Below are positions 1 through 9,167 of a stretch of DNA of 64,000 nucleotides, piece by piece. Each line of letters starts with the position of its first letter. Position 1 is the first letter of the stretch. The stretch covers positions 1 through 64,000 of IMG/VR virus record IMGVR_UViG_3300005537_000022, one strand, 5' to 3'. Under the pieces are notes generated by a model. It was not told the DNA's origin. It ran no database searches and saw only the letters and a program-made list of their open reading frames with translations. The position numbers and the translations under genes were made by a program. This DNA is from a virus.

Positions 1-25
1 CCCAACCGAAGGGACAAGCACCATC

Positions 26-778
26 ATGACCGAAACCACTGGCCGTATCGAGACCGGCGGCCCGGACCGCACCCCGCGCTCGGAGATCACGGGCATCCGC
101 AAGCCGGGCCGGAAGTACGAGCCCGGTCTCGCCCTCGACTTCTCCCCGTCCATGTACTGGTCGGCGCAGAACGAGGACAACGCGGCCGAGGAGTACCCGC
201 ACCCGAACTCGCGGCGCGCGATCCTCGAGGCGTTCCTGCCGCTGTTCATCGTCGCCCTGGCCAAGTGGGATTCCGAGGCGGCGGCCGAGCAGGCGGACGG
301 GGATGACGAGAAGGGCGGCACCATGACCGTCGGGTTCGCCGGGAACCTGATCGACGTCGGGGATCTCAACGAGTCGAACATGGCCCGCAAGCTGGAGCGG
401 GCGTGGGAGGCGGCCCGGGGCGGCACCATGATCGGCCCGGCGATCCGCAGGCTGATCGACAAGTACGACGCCGAGTTCGAGGACGACGACCCGGCTGTCA
501 CCCGCGTCCACGAGATCGCGGTCATCACTGACGGCGAGCCCGAGGACCCGGAGGCGCTGCTGCCCTACCTGAGGGCGGCGAACTCCAGGCGCGTCTACAT
601 CGTCGGCATCCTCGGCCACGGCCCGAAGGCGAAGGCCGCCTACGACCTGTACAAGAAGGCCGCCGACGACAACCAGGCAGCCGACGAGTTCGGCAAGCGG
701 CACGTTCACGTCGTGCTGTTCGACGGCGTGACCAACCCGATGGAAATCGCCGAGGATCTCGTCACCCTCGCGGGCTGA
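26..778 (+). CDS. von Willebrand factor A (vWA) domain protein
   Basis: MIDAS motifs LALDFSPS, GGT, VITDG; RBS AAGGGA upstream. Confidence 0.8.
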   Translation: MTETTGRIETGGPDRTPRSEITGIRKPGRKYEPGLALDFSPSMYWSAQNEDNAAEEYPHPNSRRAILEAFLPLFIVALAKWDSEAAAEQADGDDEKGGTMTVGFAGNLIDVGDLNESNMARKLERAWEAARGGTMIGPAIRRLIDKYDAEFEDDDPAVTRVHEIAVITDGEPEDPEALLPYLRAANSRRVYIVGILGHGPKAKAAYDLYKKAADDNQAADEFGKRHVHVVLFDGVTNPMEIAEDLVTLAG

Positions 779-796
779 CCCCCGCCCACGCTGATC

Positions 797-837
797 GTCC
801 CGTCTGTCCCGCGAACCCGGGACGGGGCGGACGGGAC
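797..837 (+). terminator. GC-rich stem-loop after vWA gene
   Basis: GTCCCGTCTGTCC pairs with GGGCGGACGGGAC (G-U allowed); no U-tract. Confidence 0.45.
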
Positions 838-882
838 CCCGGCGAACCCTGATAACCACGATGAATCGATGGGAAACGCACA

Positions 883-1914
883 GTGAGTGAGATTTCGCGG
901 GAACCGGCGGACGTGCCGGGCACCGCCCGAGGAGAACTGATGGCCGCCCGGGTGGTAACGCCCGGCGGCAGGGCGTTCGCGGCGTACACCGAGGTGATCG
1001 TCAGGCAAGGGCGCGGCGGCTACGCCTCCTACGAACTCCTCCACCCCCTTGAGCAGGAGGCATGGGAAGCGGCCGGCGTCGGGGGTGCCGAGGCGTACGG
1101 AGACGACGCGGTCCTGGTCGCCGAGCGGGACGCCGCCGTGGCGGAAGCACGGCGCCTCCGCGAGCTGCTCAACGAGGCCCGCATCGCCGACCCCGACGAC
1201 GACGGCCCCCTTGAGGACGCCGCCTCTCTCCACGAGGACCCGTCTGCCGATCCGTTCGCGGACGCGGACCCGCAAGCGGACGCCGAGGAATGCCTGAACG
1301 CCATCATCGAGATCCTGGCTCTCTTCGACGACGACCCGCAGATGACCGGAGAGCTCCTGTCGCCCCACCGGGACCAGACCGCTGAGAGTTCCGCGCTCAT
1401 CACCATCCGCGAGATCGGCCGCCGGGTACTGGAGGGCCGCTCGTCCAGCCTGGGCGGCCTCGCCGACAGCCTCGACCGCCAGGCCGCAGCGCTCGGCGGG
1501 TGCGCCCGGCAGCTCCGCGCGGAACTGGGACGGCAAGCCGCGATGGACGTCGTAGCCGCCCGCGAGTCAGAGATCCCCGTCCGCCTCGTCCAGCTCTGGC
1601 TCTGCGACCCGTGCATTGACGGCAACGGCCAGGAATGCCACACGCCCGGCTGCTCGCTGTGGCTCAACCGGCCGCCCAGCCGCGCCATCCGCGACGGCGT
1701 GGGCGTGACCATCCTCGCCGCCGCGCCGGAACCGCACGCGTCGCCCGACGATCAGCAGCGCTACATCGAGAAGCTCCACGACCTGCTCCGCGACATGTTC
1801 CAGTCGCTGCCGGATACGGCAGACGAGCAGGAGTGGCGCGACCGGGCGGGGGCGCTCAGCGTCTGCGACCTCGACGGCCAGCCGTACCGCGCGTACACCG
1901 AGGACGACCTGTGA
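883..1914 (+). CDS. hypothetical mosaic phage protein with Cys/His Zn-binding segment
   Basis: high-GC3 ORF, CDPC..ECHTPGC motif, GTGA overlap with next gene; start uncertain. Confidence 0.7.
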   Translation: MSEISREPADVPGTARGELMAARVVTPGGRAFAAYTEVIVRQGRGGYASYELLHPLEQEAWEAAGVGGAEAYGDDAVLVAERDAAVAEARRLRELLNEARIADPDDDGPLEDAASLHEDPSADPFADADPQADAEECLNAIIEILALFDDDPQMTGELLSPHRDQTAESSALITIREIGRRVLEGRSSSLGGLADSLDRQAAALGGCARQLRAELGRQAAMDVVAARESEIPVRLVQLWLCDPCIDGNGQECHTPGCSLWLNRPPSRAIRDGVGVTILAAAPEPHASPDDQQRYIEKLHDLLRDMFQSLPDTADEQEWRDRAGALSVCDLDGQPYRAYTEDDL

Positions 1915-2087
1915 ACGCCGCGACGCCAGCGCAGGCGGACGAGATCTTCCCCTGCTGCCAGCACTGCATCGACGGGGACGGGATGCTGCCCTGCGTCGAG
2001 GTTCACGACGAGCCGTGCGGCACCGGCGACTGCGGCCTGGTTACCGACACCGAACTGGCCCGGTGGCGGAAGGGACTCCAGCTGTGA
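1911..2087 (+). CDS. small Cys-rich hypothetical protein
   Basis: GTG overlapping previous stop; CCQHC..C..H..C..C. Confidence 0.6.
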   Translation: MNAATPAQADEIFPCCQHCIDGDGMLPCVEVHDEPCGTGDCGLVTDTELARWRKGLQL

Positions 2088-2638
2088 CCGCCGTGACGCC
2101 AGGGCAGGCGGCGTACGAGGCTGCCGTCCGCGTCATGCTCGACGGCGAGCCTGACACATCCGGTGAAGGCCCGGACTTCGCGTGGAACGCGATCGGCAAC
2201 CATGAGCGCCGGAGCTGGGAAGCCGCCGCGCAGGCCGTCGCCGCGCCGCTTGAACGCGAGCTGGCCGCGCTCCGCGAGCTGCTCGACGAGATCGGCGTCA
2301 TGGCGGCCAACGCGCCCGAGGACGGCGACTCGTACGGGCTCCTTGAGGAGATCGCCATGCGGATCGCGGCAGCCGGCGTGCCGGACACCACGCCGATCGA
2401 TGAATGGCCCGACCCGGAGAACCCCGTCACCGGCCGCACGCCCGGAGACGTGATCTGGGTCACTCCGGGCGACGGCACCCCCATCGGCGGCCTCCTGGCC
2501 CACGTCGGCATACGGCCGAATCCCGCGCCCGAACAGGAACGCGAGGACGCAGAAGCCGGCCAGTGCCCGCTGTGCGAGGCGCCGCTCAACCGGGACGGAA
2601 GCTGCTCGCGGTCGTGCGCAGGCGTGGGGGACGGGTGA
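2084..2638 (+). CDS. hypothetical protein, TPGQAAYE module plus C-terminal Zn ribbon
   Basis: coupled GTGA start; CPLC..CSRSC. Confidence 0.7.
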   Translation: MTAVTPGQAAYEAAVRVMLDGEPDTSGEGPDFAWNAIGNHERRSWEAAAQAVAAPLERELAALRELLDEIGVMAANAPEDGDSYGLLEEIAMRIAAAGVPDTTPIDEWPDPENPVTGRTPGDVIWVTPGDGTPIGGLLAHVGIRPNPAPEQEREDAEAGQCPLCEAPLNRDGSCSRSCAGVGDG

Positions 2639-3375
2639 TGAACGCCACGACGCCAGGGCGGGCGCTCTACGAGGTCATCGCCGCGCGCTTCACCGACGAA
2701 CTGGACACGTGGGTCGACTGGGACGAGCTCGAAGACCACGCCCGCACGATCTACGAAGACGCCGCCCAGGCCGCCATCGCCGCGCAGCAGCCGCAGGCCC
2801 GGTCGGGGCAGGCGGTCTACGAGATATGGCGCGCCGCTATCCCCGACTGGGTGTGCAACGTGCCCGGCGGCCCGTGGGAAGGCCTGCCGGAAACGGTCCG
2901 GGCCGGATTCAATGCCATCGCCGCGCAGATCGAAGCGGCCGGCCAGGTCGTCCGCGACATCCTCGAATCCCTCTGCCGGCGTGACGGACTGCCCCTGGAG
3001 AGCGCCGTCGTACCCGGCGAGCCTGCCGGGAACTACGAACTCGCCGGGCGGCTCGGCATCGGCCACGTCTTCGGCCTGCCAGGCGAAGCGCCAGCCTCCC
3101 CGCAGCCCGCGCCCGAGCTAGCCGCCGCGATGGCGCCAATGCCGAAGTGGGACGACCTGTCATACCAGGACAAGCTCATGCTCGCCGCGCTAGGCGATAC
3201 GCAGCCGCAGGCCGCGCCCGAACTGGCCGCCGCACCGCCCGACCTCCGCACCGCCTGGCGGCTGGCTGACGAGCGCCTCGCCCTGCTCAGCGAGATCCTC
3301 GGCCACCCCGGCATCGGCCAGGTACCCGCCGGGCTCCGCGCCAAGTGGCACGAGCGTGCCGGGCTGCCGTCATGA
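2638..3375 (+). CDS. hypothetical protein with duplicated TPGxAxYE helical module
   Basis: TGATG coupling; two internal repeats and a repeated APELAAA. Confidence 0.7.
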   Translation: MNATTPGRALYEVIAARFTDELDTWVDWDELEDHARTIYEDAAQAAIAAQQPQARSGQAVYEIWRAAIPDWVCNVPGGPWEGLPETVRAGFNAIAAQIEAAGQVVRDILESLCRRDGLPLESAVVPGEPAGNYELAGRLGIGHVFGLPGEAPASPQPAPELAAAMAPMPKWDDLSYQDKLMLAALGDTQPQAAPELAAAPPDLRTAWRLADERLALLSEILGHPGIGQVPAGLRAKWHERAGLPS

Positions 3376-3767
3376 CCGCAGCACCCGGCCCACCCCCGTA
3401 CACCGCCGTGCAGATCGCGCAGGTCTGCCACGAGGCCAACCGTGCGATGCAGCTCGTCAACGGCGACCCGTTCCCGTCGCTCCCCTGGGAAGAGGAGGAC
3501 GAGGAGACGCGCGAGTTCGCGACGGCGGCGGTCGGGTTCGCGATGCGGGGCGGCACGCCCGAAGAGCAGTTCCGCGAGTGGTCCCGTGCCAAGGCTGACG
3601 GCGGCTGGACGCACGGCCCGGTCAAGGACCCGGACGCTAAGACGCACCCGAGCCTGGTCCCCGACTATGCGGCGCTTCCGGCGTGCGAGCGGGCGAAGGA
3701 CGCCGTGTTCGCCGCGGTGGTGCGGGCGATGACGGACGGGCGCGAGGCGGACGGCGGCACGCCATGA
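3372..3767 (+). CDS. RyR (ryanodine receptor repeat) domain protein
   Basis: W..AK..GGWTHGPVKDPDAKTHPSLVPDYAALP..ERAKD signature. Confidence 0.85.
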   Translation: MTAAPGPPPYTAVQIAQVCHEANRAMQLVNGDPFPSLPWEEEDEETREFATAAVGFAMRGGTPEEQFREWSRAKADGGWTHGPVKDPDAKTHPSLVPDYAALPACERAKDAVFAAVVRAMTDGREADGGTP

Positions 3768-3988
3768 TGGGCACCCAGTGCGACACGTGCCGGACGTTCG
3801 AGCCCGGCACCCCGAACGGGTGGCTGGTCCTGGTCCAGGTCCAGCCCGTCACGTCGCCGTTCGCGGCCATGATCGGGGGCGGGGGCGGCGGCAATGCCGA
3901 GCCGGTGGCGACGTTCTGCTCGCCGAAGTGCGCCGCCGATTACTGCTACGTCCTGGCGTCGGCGGGAAGCACCGGAAGCCCGCCGTGA
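3764..3988 (+). CDS. small Zn-finger protein
   Basis: CDTC ... FCSPKC; ATGA overlap. Confidence 0.65.
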   Translation: MMGTQCDTCRTFEPGTPNGWLVLVQVQPVTSPFAAMIGGGGGGNAEPVATFCSPKCAADYCYVLASAGSTGSPP

Positions 3989-4251
3989 ACGACCTGAAGG
4001 CGGCGACAGAGCCCTGCATCCACGACCTTGACCCTGCGTGGTGCGCGGTGTGCAACGGGGCCGACAAGCGGGCGCAGGCGGAGAGCGGCGAATACGGGCA
4101 CGGTGACGGGCCGGATGCCCGTGGCCCGTGGTTCGCCGCCCGGTACCCCGGTCACTGCGGCGGCTGCCTGGAGCGCGTCGAGCCCGGCGACATGATCCGC
4201 GCTGACGGAGACGGCGGCTACCTGTGCCTGGATTGCGGCGAGGGATCATGA
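3985..4251 (+). CDS. small Zn-finger protein
   Basis: CIH..WCAVC and ARYPGHCGGC..GD.I..CLDC. Confidence 0.7.
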   Translation: MNDLKAATEPCIHDLDPAWCAVCNGADKRAQAESGEYGHGDGPDARGPWFAARYPGHCGGCLERVEPGDMIRADGDGGYLCLDCGEGS

Positions 4252-4283
4252 CCGGGCCGAGGGGTGCCGGTCAAATGACGGGC

Positions 4284-4493
4284 TCAGGACTCGCTGCGCT
4301 CGATCGATTTGATGATCGCGTCAACCGTCGTTCCCTTGGCGCCGAGTCTCGCGGCGATGCGGTACTTGGTCCAGCCTGCATCCAGGGCACGCTTAACGGC
4401 CTTCTGCCGCCTGAGCTGTATCTCGCGAATCAGGGGCATCGCCGCCTGTGCTTCGTCGAGCTCGCGCCCGATCTCCTCGTTGACGTCTTCCAT
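4284..4493 (-). CDS. small HTH regulator
   Basis: AVKRALDAGWTKYRIAARLG HTH; divergent from the SWIM gene. Confidence 0.75.
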   Translation of the reverse strand: MEDVNEEIGRELDEAQAAMPLIREIQLRRQKAVKRALDAGWTKYRIAARLGAKGTTVDAIIKSIERSES

Positions 4494-4503
4494 GACGGCG
4501 AGT

Positions 4504-4557
4504 CTACATCAGCGGATGTAGCTACACCGATTGACGTAGCTACACATGTGGGTGTAG
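4504..4557. promoter_or_regulatory. three abutting 18-bp palindromic operators (CTAC-N10-GTAG) over divergent promoters
   Basis: units at 4504-4521, 4522-4539, 4540-4557; TTGACG(4531)-N18-TAGTGT(4555) on +, TAGACT (4506-4501) on -. Confidence 0.8.
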
Positions 4558-4567
4558 TGTTTCACTC

Positions 4568-4978
4568 ATGAGCAACGACGCGACCACCGCCAGCAGCGAA
4601 ACCGGGCACCGCTGCCTGGCCTGCGGCCGGAAGCTGACCGTCACCACGGCCCCCTACGGCCCGGCCTGCGCCCGCAAGATCCGCCAGGCAGCCGCCCGCG
4701 TCACCGCAGGCTGCACCGCCGCGCAGCGCGACGACGCGGCCGAGCTGATCGCAGACGGCGGGATCGTCCCCGTCCGCGAGACGGCGAAGAACGGGACGCT
4801 CTACCAGACGGTCAGCAGCGGCGGCACCGAGGTTCACCTGACCACGGTGAACGGGTGCAACTGCACGGCAGGGCTTCGCGGCAGGCACTGCTACCACGTT
4901 CTCGCCGCCCGCATCCTCCGCGCCGCGAACCGCCGCCCCGCGACCGCGAAGCGCAACGACTACGTGAAGGCGGCCTGA
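4568..4978 (+). CDS. DUF6011-like Zn finger plus SWIM Zn finger protein
   Basis: CLACGRKLT..GPAC and CNC..G...CYH. Confidence 0.75.
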   Translation: MSNDATTASSETGHRCLACGRKLTVTTAPYGPACARKIRQAAARVTAGCTAAQRDDAAELIADGGIVPVRETAKNGTLYQTVSSGGTEVHLTTVNGCNCTAGLRGRHCYHVLAARILRAANRRPATAKRNDYVKAA

Positions 4979-5003
4979 CATGCCCACATGCAAGTTCGCA
5001 GGC

Positions 5004-5303
5004 ATGACCGACGACGCCGAAACCATCACCCGTCTCCGTGCCGCCATGGCGGGAGAGACCCCGCTTGAGCAGCTAGACGAGCACCTGATCCCCGAAGGAG
5101 CGCACTGGACCCCTGAAGGCCCGCACGGGGAACTGTGGGCGGTCCGCTGGTACTCCGCGACAGGGATCGTGGAGGCGCGAGGCTACCCGCACGGGAGCGG
5201 GGAGTTCCACGGGAAGGCGGCAGACCTGCAAGCGGCGAGGCGGGAAGCGCTCAGGATCGCCGGACTAATCAGCAACGGACAGACCGGGGAGGACGGCCAA
5301 TGA
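5004..5303 (+). CDS. hypothetical protein
   Basis: ORF with -10-like CAAGTT 7 nt before ATG; coupled to next gene. Confidence 0.6.
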   Translation: MTDDAETITRLRAAMAGETPLEQLDEHLIPEGAHWTPEGPHGELWAVRWYSATGIVEARGYPHGSGEFHGKAADLQAARREALRIAGLISNGQTGEDGQ

Positions 5304-5434
5304 CCAGCGTCCAGCGCCCCGAGCGCCCGTTCCGCACGATCCCGCTAGGCGAGTCCATGTGGTACCGCGCCGAGTACGGGACTGGCATCCCGGTGACGGA
5401 CGACGCCGGCGACGAGACCGAGGGGGACAACTGA
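5300..5434 (+). CDS. very small hypothetical protein
   Basis: RBS GGAGG, ATGA overlap. Confidence 0.5.
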   Translation: MTSVQRPERPFRTIPLGESMWYRAEYGTGIPVTDDAGDETEGDN

Positions 5435-5436
5435 CC

Positions 5437-5814
5437 ATGAGCGACGCAACCGGGGGAATCCTGCTGCGGCCCCGCGAGGTGCTGGAGCGGATCATCACGC
5501 CCGAATCCGAGGGCGAGCGCTGCACCTACTGCAAGAAGCCGATTGCCCAGGGGAGCTTCCACTGGCTGGGCGAGGACGGCCAGCCGCGACGGTCGGACCC
5601 CATGTACGGCGGCCAGATCCAGAGCTTCCGGGACTGGCGGCACGCGGACGGCACGCCCGGCCACGGGCAGGACGGGCACCTGGTCCTGCGCGACAGCCAC
5701 CGCTGCCCGCAGTGCAGGGAGTTCGACACGATCACCCGCCGGGACACCGGCTACGGCACCGACAGCGCCTGCACCGCGTGCGGGTGGAGCAAGTACTACG
5801 ACAGGGGCGACTGA
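5437..5814 (+). CDS. Zn-ribbon protein
   Basis: CTYC, CPQC, CTACGW. Confidence 0.7.
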   Translation: MSDATGGILLRPREVLERIITPESEGERCTYCKKPIAQGSFHWLGEDGQPRRSDPMYGGQIQSFRDWRHADGTPGHGQDGHLVLRDSHRCPQCREFDTITRRDTGYGTDSACTACGWSKYYDRGD

Positions 5815-5816
5815 CC

Positions 5817-6047
5817 ATGGCGAACACCACGACGCCGGCCAGGATCCACGCGGCGGTCACCGCCGCGCTCGCGGACCGCGCGGCCGGGCAGCGGAAGATC
5901 GCCGCCGGCCACGGGATGACCGGCCCGGCGTACGCCGGCACTCGCGAGGCACTGCGCGCCGAGGCGCGGCTGTGCGAAGACCTTCAGCGCATCCTCGGTC
6001 ACGTCACCCCGGAGGCGCTGGCATCGGTACTGGAGGCGCGGCCGTGA
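5817..6047 (+). CDS. hypothetical protein
   Basis: tightly packed ORF with purine-rich RBS. Confidence 0.6.
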   Translation: MANTTTPARIHAAVTAALADRAAGQRKIAAGHGMTGPAYAGTREALRAEARLCEDLQRILGHVTPEALASVLEARP

Positions 6048-6319
6048 GCCGGTCATCGGAACTTCTCAAGGCCGCCGCCGAGGCGCTCGACGACGGGCGC
6101 GACCCGCTCAACAGCGCCTTCCTGGACGAGCACGGCGTGACGCTCGACGAGTGCTACGACCTCGCCGAATCGCTGGCCATGGGTGGCCGCCTGATCGCGT
6201 GGGCGATGGAAAACCCTGTGCAGGCTGCCGCGTTCGCCGCGAACGGCTCGGCCGGGATGGCGATGGACGCGTTGACCAGGGCAATGGCCAAGATCAACTT
6301 GAGCGCGAAGGGGGACTGA
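6044..6319 (+). CDS. hypothetical protein
   Basis: GGAGG RBS, GTGA overlap. Confidence 0.65.
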   Translation: MSRSSELLKAAAEALDDGRDPLNSAFLDEHGVTLDECYDLAESLAMGGRLIAWAMENPVQAAAFAANGSAGMAMDALTRAMAKINLSAKGD

Positions 6320-6320
6320 C

Positions 6321-6650
6321 GTGCCGACCACGTTCACGATGTCCGCGCCGGCCGCAAGCCGCCCCCAGGCCCCGAAGCCGAAGGTCACCCTCGCCCCGGT
6401 CAGGAAGACCCGCATGGTGGGCGGCGTCTGCTGGGGTGCTGAAACGACTGACGGCGAGTGGGGCATGGACCGCCTGGAGGACACGGGGACGACGTGGGAG
6501 GTCACCCACAAGCCGACCAGGAAGGTCGTCGCGGACTTCCTCGGCTCCCTCCACCAGTGCCGCGCCTACGTGGGCTCGGGCGACGCACAGGATGCCCTGG
6601 AGCGCCTCCGGGCGCACGACGGCAGCGAAAGGACGGTGCCCGGTGAGTAG
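6321..6650 (+). CDS. hypothetical protein
   Basis: RBS AAGGGGG; packed ORF. Confidence 0.65.
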   Translation: MPTTFTMSAPAASRPQAPKPKVTLAPVRKTRMVGGVCWGAETTDGEWGMDRLEDTGTTWEVTHKPTRKVVADFLGSLHQCRAYVGSGDAQDALERLRAHDGSERTVPGE

Positions 6651-7119
6651 CTACACGCGCGTCGGCGAAGGCAAGGACGAGTTCGGCCGCCCGTGGAAGG
6701 TGTTCAAGCTCGGCGATGACGGCCTGGTCATCGACACCCGAACGGAGCTGGTGCTCGACGGTGCCGAGCGCGACCGCTTCGCCGAGGCCGTCGCCCGCGC
6801 GGTGACGCCGGGGCATGTGCCGCCGGCGGCCGGGAGTGACGAGTCCCCCGTGATCGAGGGCACCGTCACGCCGGAAGACGAGGCGTGCCCCTTCTGCAGG
6901 CCTGACGAGAACGGCACCCCCTGGCCGTGCGTGCTCGGCATGGCCCACAACAACCAGGGCCCGGACTACGACCCGCAGGAGACGGTGCACAGGGACCAGT
7001 CCGGCACCGAGTGGCGCGTCGCCCGCTGCCAGGACCCGGCCGCCCACGGCATGCCGCACTGCTGGTGCGCGATCCCCGGGCACCACAAGCCGATCGAGCG
7101 TGATGAGGAGACAGCCTGA
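6643..7119 (+). CDS. hypothetical protein, Cys/His-rich C-terminus
   Basis: overlapping GTG with AAGGA RBS; CPFC, C..H motifs. Confidence 0.65.
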   Translation: MSSYTRVGEGKDEFGRPWKVFKLGDDGLVIDTRTELVLDGAERDRFAEAVARAVTPGHVPPAAGSDESPVIEGTVTPEDEACPFCRPDENGTPWPCVLGMAHNNQGPDYDPQETVHRDQSGTEWRVARCQDPAAHGMPHCWCAIPGHHKPIERDEETA

Positions 7120-7601
7120 TGGAGATCACCGAGAGCAGTATCGCGCCGGCGCTTGAGGGCCTCTGGGTGTACGCCAGGAACCGGGACGGCACCCACCACG
7201 CCCAGGTCATCGCCGACGAGGACACGGCGGCATCACTGTGGGAGAAACTGGCCGCGCAGAACTTGGCCGCCCCGGTCGCCGCGCCCGGGAGCGGCGACCT
7301 GGAACGCGCCTACGTCATCAACGGCGACGACCTGCGCATCGCGCTCAGCGGGCGCAACGGGAGCCCGCCGCTCGTCCCCAACCCCCGCGACGTCGCCGCG
7401 TACATCCTCGACTGGATCGCGCGCCCCCTCGACGCGAAGCCCGGCGGCGCGGTCGACGCGCACATCTGCTGCGATCACGCCGCCGCCGACCCGGAGGTGT
7501 CGTTCCTCGCCGGCGTCGTCCGGGCCCTCGACGAGATGGGCGACCTCGCCGTCGCCCGCGTCATGGCCTACCTGTCCGACCGCTACCCGGCCGACAACTG
7601 A
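7119..7601 (+). CDS. hypothetical protein
   Basis: TGATG coupling, GAGGAG RBS. Confidence 0.7.
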   Translation: MEITESSIAPALEGLWVYARNRDGTHHAQVIADEDTAASLWEKLAAQNLAAPVAAPGSGDLERAYVINGDDLRIALSGRNGSPPLVPNPRDVAAYILDWIARPLDAKPGGAVDAHICCDHAAADPEVSFLAGVVRALDEMGDLAVARVMAYLSDRYPADN

Positions 7602-7609
7602 GGCCCCCG

Positions 7610-8065
7610 GTGGCTGAGCTGACCACCGTCCGCCCGCGACCGTGCCCGTCGTGCCCCTACCGGCGCGACGTCCCGTCGGGAATCTGGGACGCGTCCGAAT
7701 ACGACCGGCTTCCCGTCTACGACCTGGGCACCGGAGAGCAGGCCCTCGCGGGCGCGTTCTACCTGTTCCACTGCCATTCGGCGCCCGGGCGGATCTGCGC
7801 CGGGTGGGCCGGCTGCCACGACATGGAAGAGAACCTGGCGGTCCGGATGAACATCCGCGACATCGACCCGGCCGTCTTCGAGTACGTCTCCCCGGTGCCG
7901 CTGTTCGCCTCCGGTGCCGAGGCCGCGGAGCACGGCAAGCGGGACCTGCCCGCGCCGGGACCGGAGGCGGTGCGCAAGGCCCGGCAGCTTCTCGGGCTTC
8001 AGGCCAGGAGGAACCGGAACGAGAACGCCGCCACGGCGGCACGCAAGGAGGGAAGTCATGGATAA
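7610..8065 (+). CDS. DUF6283-like protein
   Basis: PCPSCPYRRDVPSGIW...FHCH...CAGW motif recalled from an actinobacterial MGE family. Confidence 0.7.
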   Translation: MAELTTVRPRPCPSCPYRRDVPSGIWDASEYDRLPVYDLGTGEQALAGAFYLFHCHSAPGRICAGWAGCHDMEENLAVRMNIRDIDPAVFEYVSPVPLFASGAEAAEHGKRDLPAPGPEAVRKARQLLGLQARRNRNENAATAARKEGSHG

Positions 8066-8462
8066 TCCGCGGCTCGGGCGCAAGGTGCTCGACTTCGTGA
8101 CCGCGCACCGCGATCAGTTCGACATGGGGGCGTGGGGCTACACGAGCCACGCCTGCGGCACGACGGGCTGCCTGGCCGGGTGGGCGATGATCCTCTCTGG
8201 CTACACGCTGGCAGTGAACCAGTCGTCCGGTGCCGAGACTTTCCGCCGCCCGGACGGCTCGGAGGTTTCCGACGAGGGGGGCGAGGCGCAGGAGCTGCTC
8301 GGGCTGACGGCCGGCGAGCGCGATAACGGCAGCGGGGCCTCCCCGCTGTTCCTCATGTATGAGGACGAGGCGATCGAACGGTTCCGGGAGCTCGTGGAAG
8401 CCTCCGAGGCGCGGGCCGCAGAGAGGGCTGCCACGGCGGCGCGAGAGGAGTGCCGGGCATGA
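8058..8462 (+). CDS. conserved actinophage hypothetical protein
   Basis: FDMGAW...CGTTGCLAGW motif; AAGGAGG RBS. Confidence 0.75.
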   Translation: MDNPRLGRKVLDFVTAHRDQFDMGAWGYTSHACGTTGCLAGWAMILSGYTLAVNQSSGAETFRRPDGSEVSDEGGEAQELLGLTAGERDNGSGASPLFLMYEDEAIERFRELVEASEARAAERAATAAREECRA

Positions 8463-8746
8463 CCTTCGCAGAGATCCGGCGCGGAGTCCGGCCGGGCCAG
8501 GAGTACACGGTCACGAACGCCCAGGTTCCGGAACTCGGCCCGGTCACGGTGCGGGTCGGGCGCGTGCTCGACTACGCGTTCTTCGTGGAGCACGGGTCCG
8601 GCGAGTCGAAGATCGCCTGGCCGCCTTCGCGCTACGTGACGCTTGACGACGACGGCACGCTGCACCTGTGCGGCACGGGAGATCACATCGGGCGCCCGTT
8701 CCTGACGCTCGTCCCGGTCGGGCCGCGCGGGCAGGTGAGCAACTGA
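8459..8746 (+). CDS. hypothetical protein
   Basis: GAGGAG RBS, ATGA overlap. Confidence 0.65.
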   Translation: MTFAEIRRGVRPGQEYTVTNAQVPELGPVTVRVGRVLDYAFFVEHGSGESKIAWPPSRYVTLDDDGTLHLCGTGDHIGRPFLTLVPVGPRGQVSN

Positions 8747-8934
8747 TGGAAGTTACCCTTGAGCAGCTCGCCGCTGCGGTCCGGGGCATCCCGATGGAAG
8801 CGCACCGGGGCGATATCGACGCCCACGACGACCCGCAGTACTGCCTCGTAATCCCTGCGGATCCTGAGGCGTACGCCAGCATCCTGCTCGACTACGTCGC
8901 CGCGTATTTCCCCGAGCAGGTGAGCGGACAGTGA
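8746..8934 (+). CDS. hypothetical protein
   Basis: TGATG coupling, AGGTGA RBS. Confidence 0.55.
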   Translation: MEVTLEQLAAAVRGIPMEAHRGDIDAHDDPQYCLVIPADPEAYASILLDYVAAYFPEQVSGQ

Positions 8935-9167
8935 ACAAGCGCGAGAAGGCGATCCTCGCCAAGGTGTACGAGGGCCTGAACCAGATGACGGGCCTCAGCC
9001 CGCTCAATCCGATGGACATCCGGGCGGTGAGCGCCAGCCTGAAGACTTGCACCGGGGCGGCGCGGGACCTGCTGTCCGCCGTCTCGAACCTCGGCTTCGG
9101 CGACTACGACGAAGCCGAGACCTGTGCCGACGAAGCACTGAGCACGCTCGCGGCAGGCCGCAAGTGA
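8931..9167 (+). CDS. hypothetical protein
   Basis: GTGA coupling. Confidence 0.6.
   Translation: MNKREKAILAKVYEGLNQMTGLSPLNPMDIRAVSASLKTCTGAARDLLSAVSNLGFGDYDEAETCADEALSTLAAGRK

Noticed and set aside
4504-4557. Mini CRISPR array
   Set aside because: Units are 18-bp palindromes with no spacer-length unique sequence and no cas genes; an operator array fits better. No CRISPR array was seen elsewhere.
6647-6656. Extra GTAGCTACAC operator copy
   Set aside because: Lacks the CTAC-N10-GTAG partner half and is explained by the codons at a gene start.
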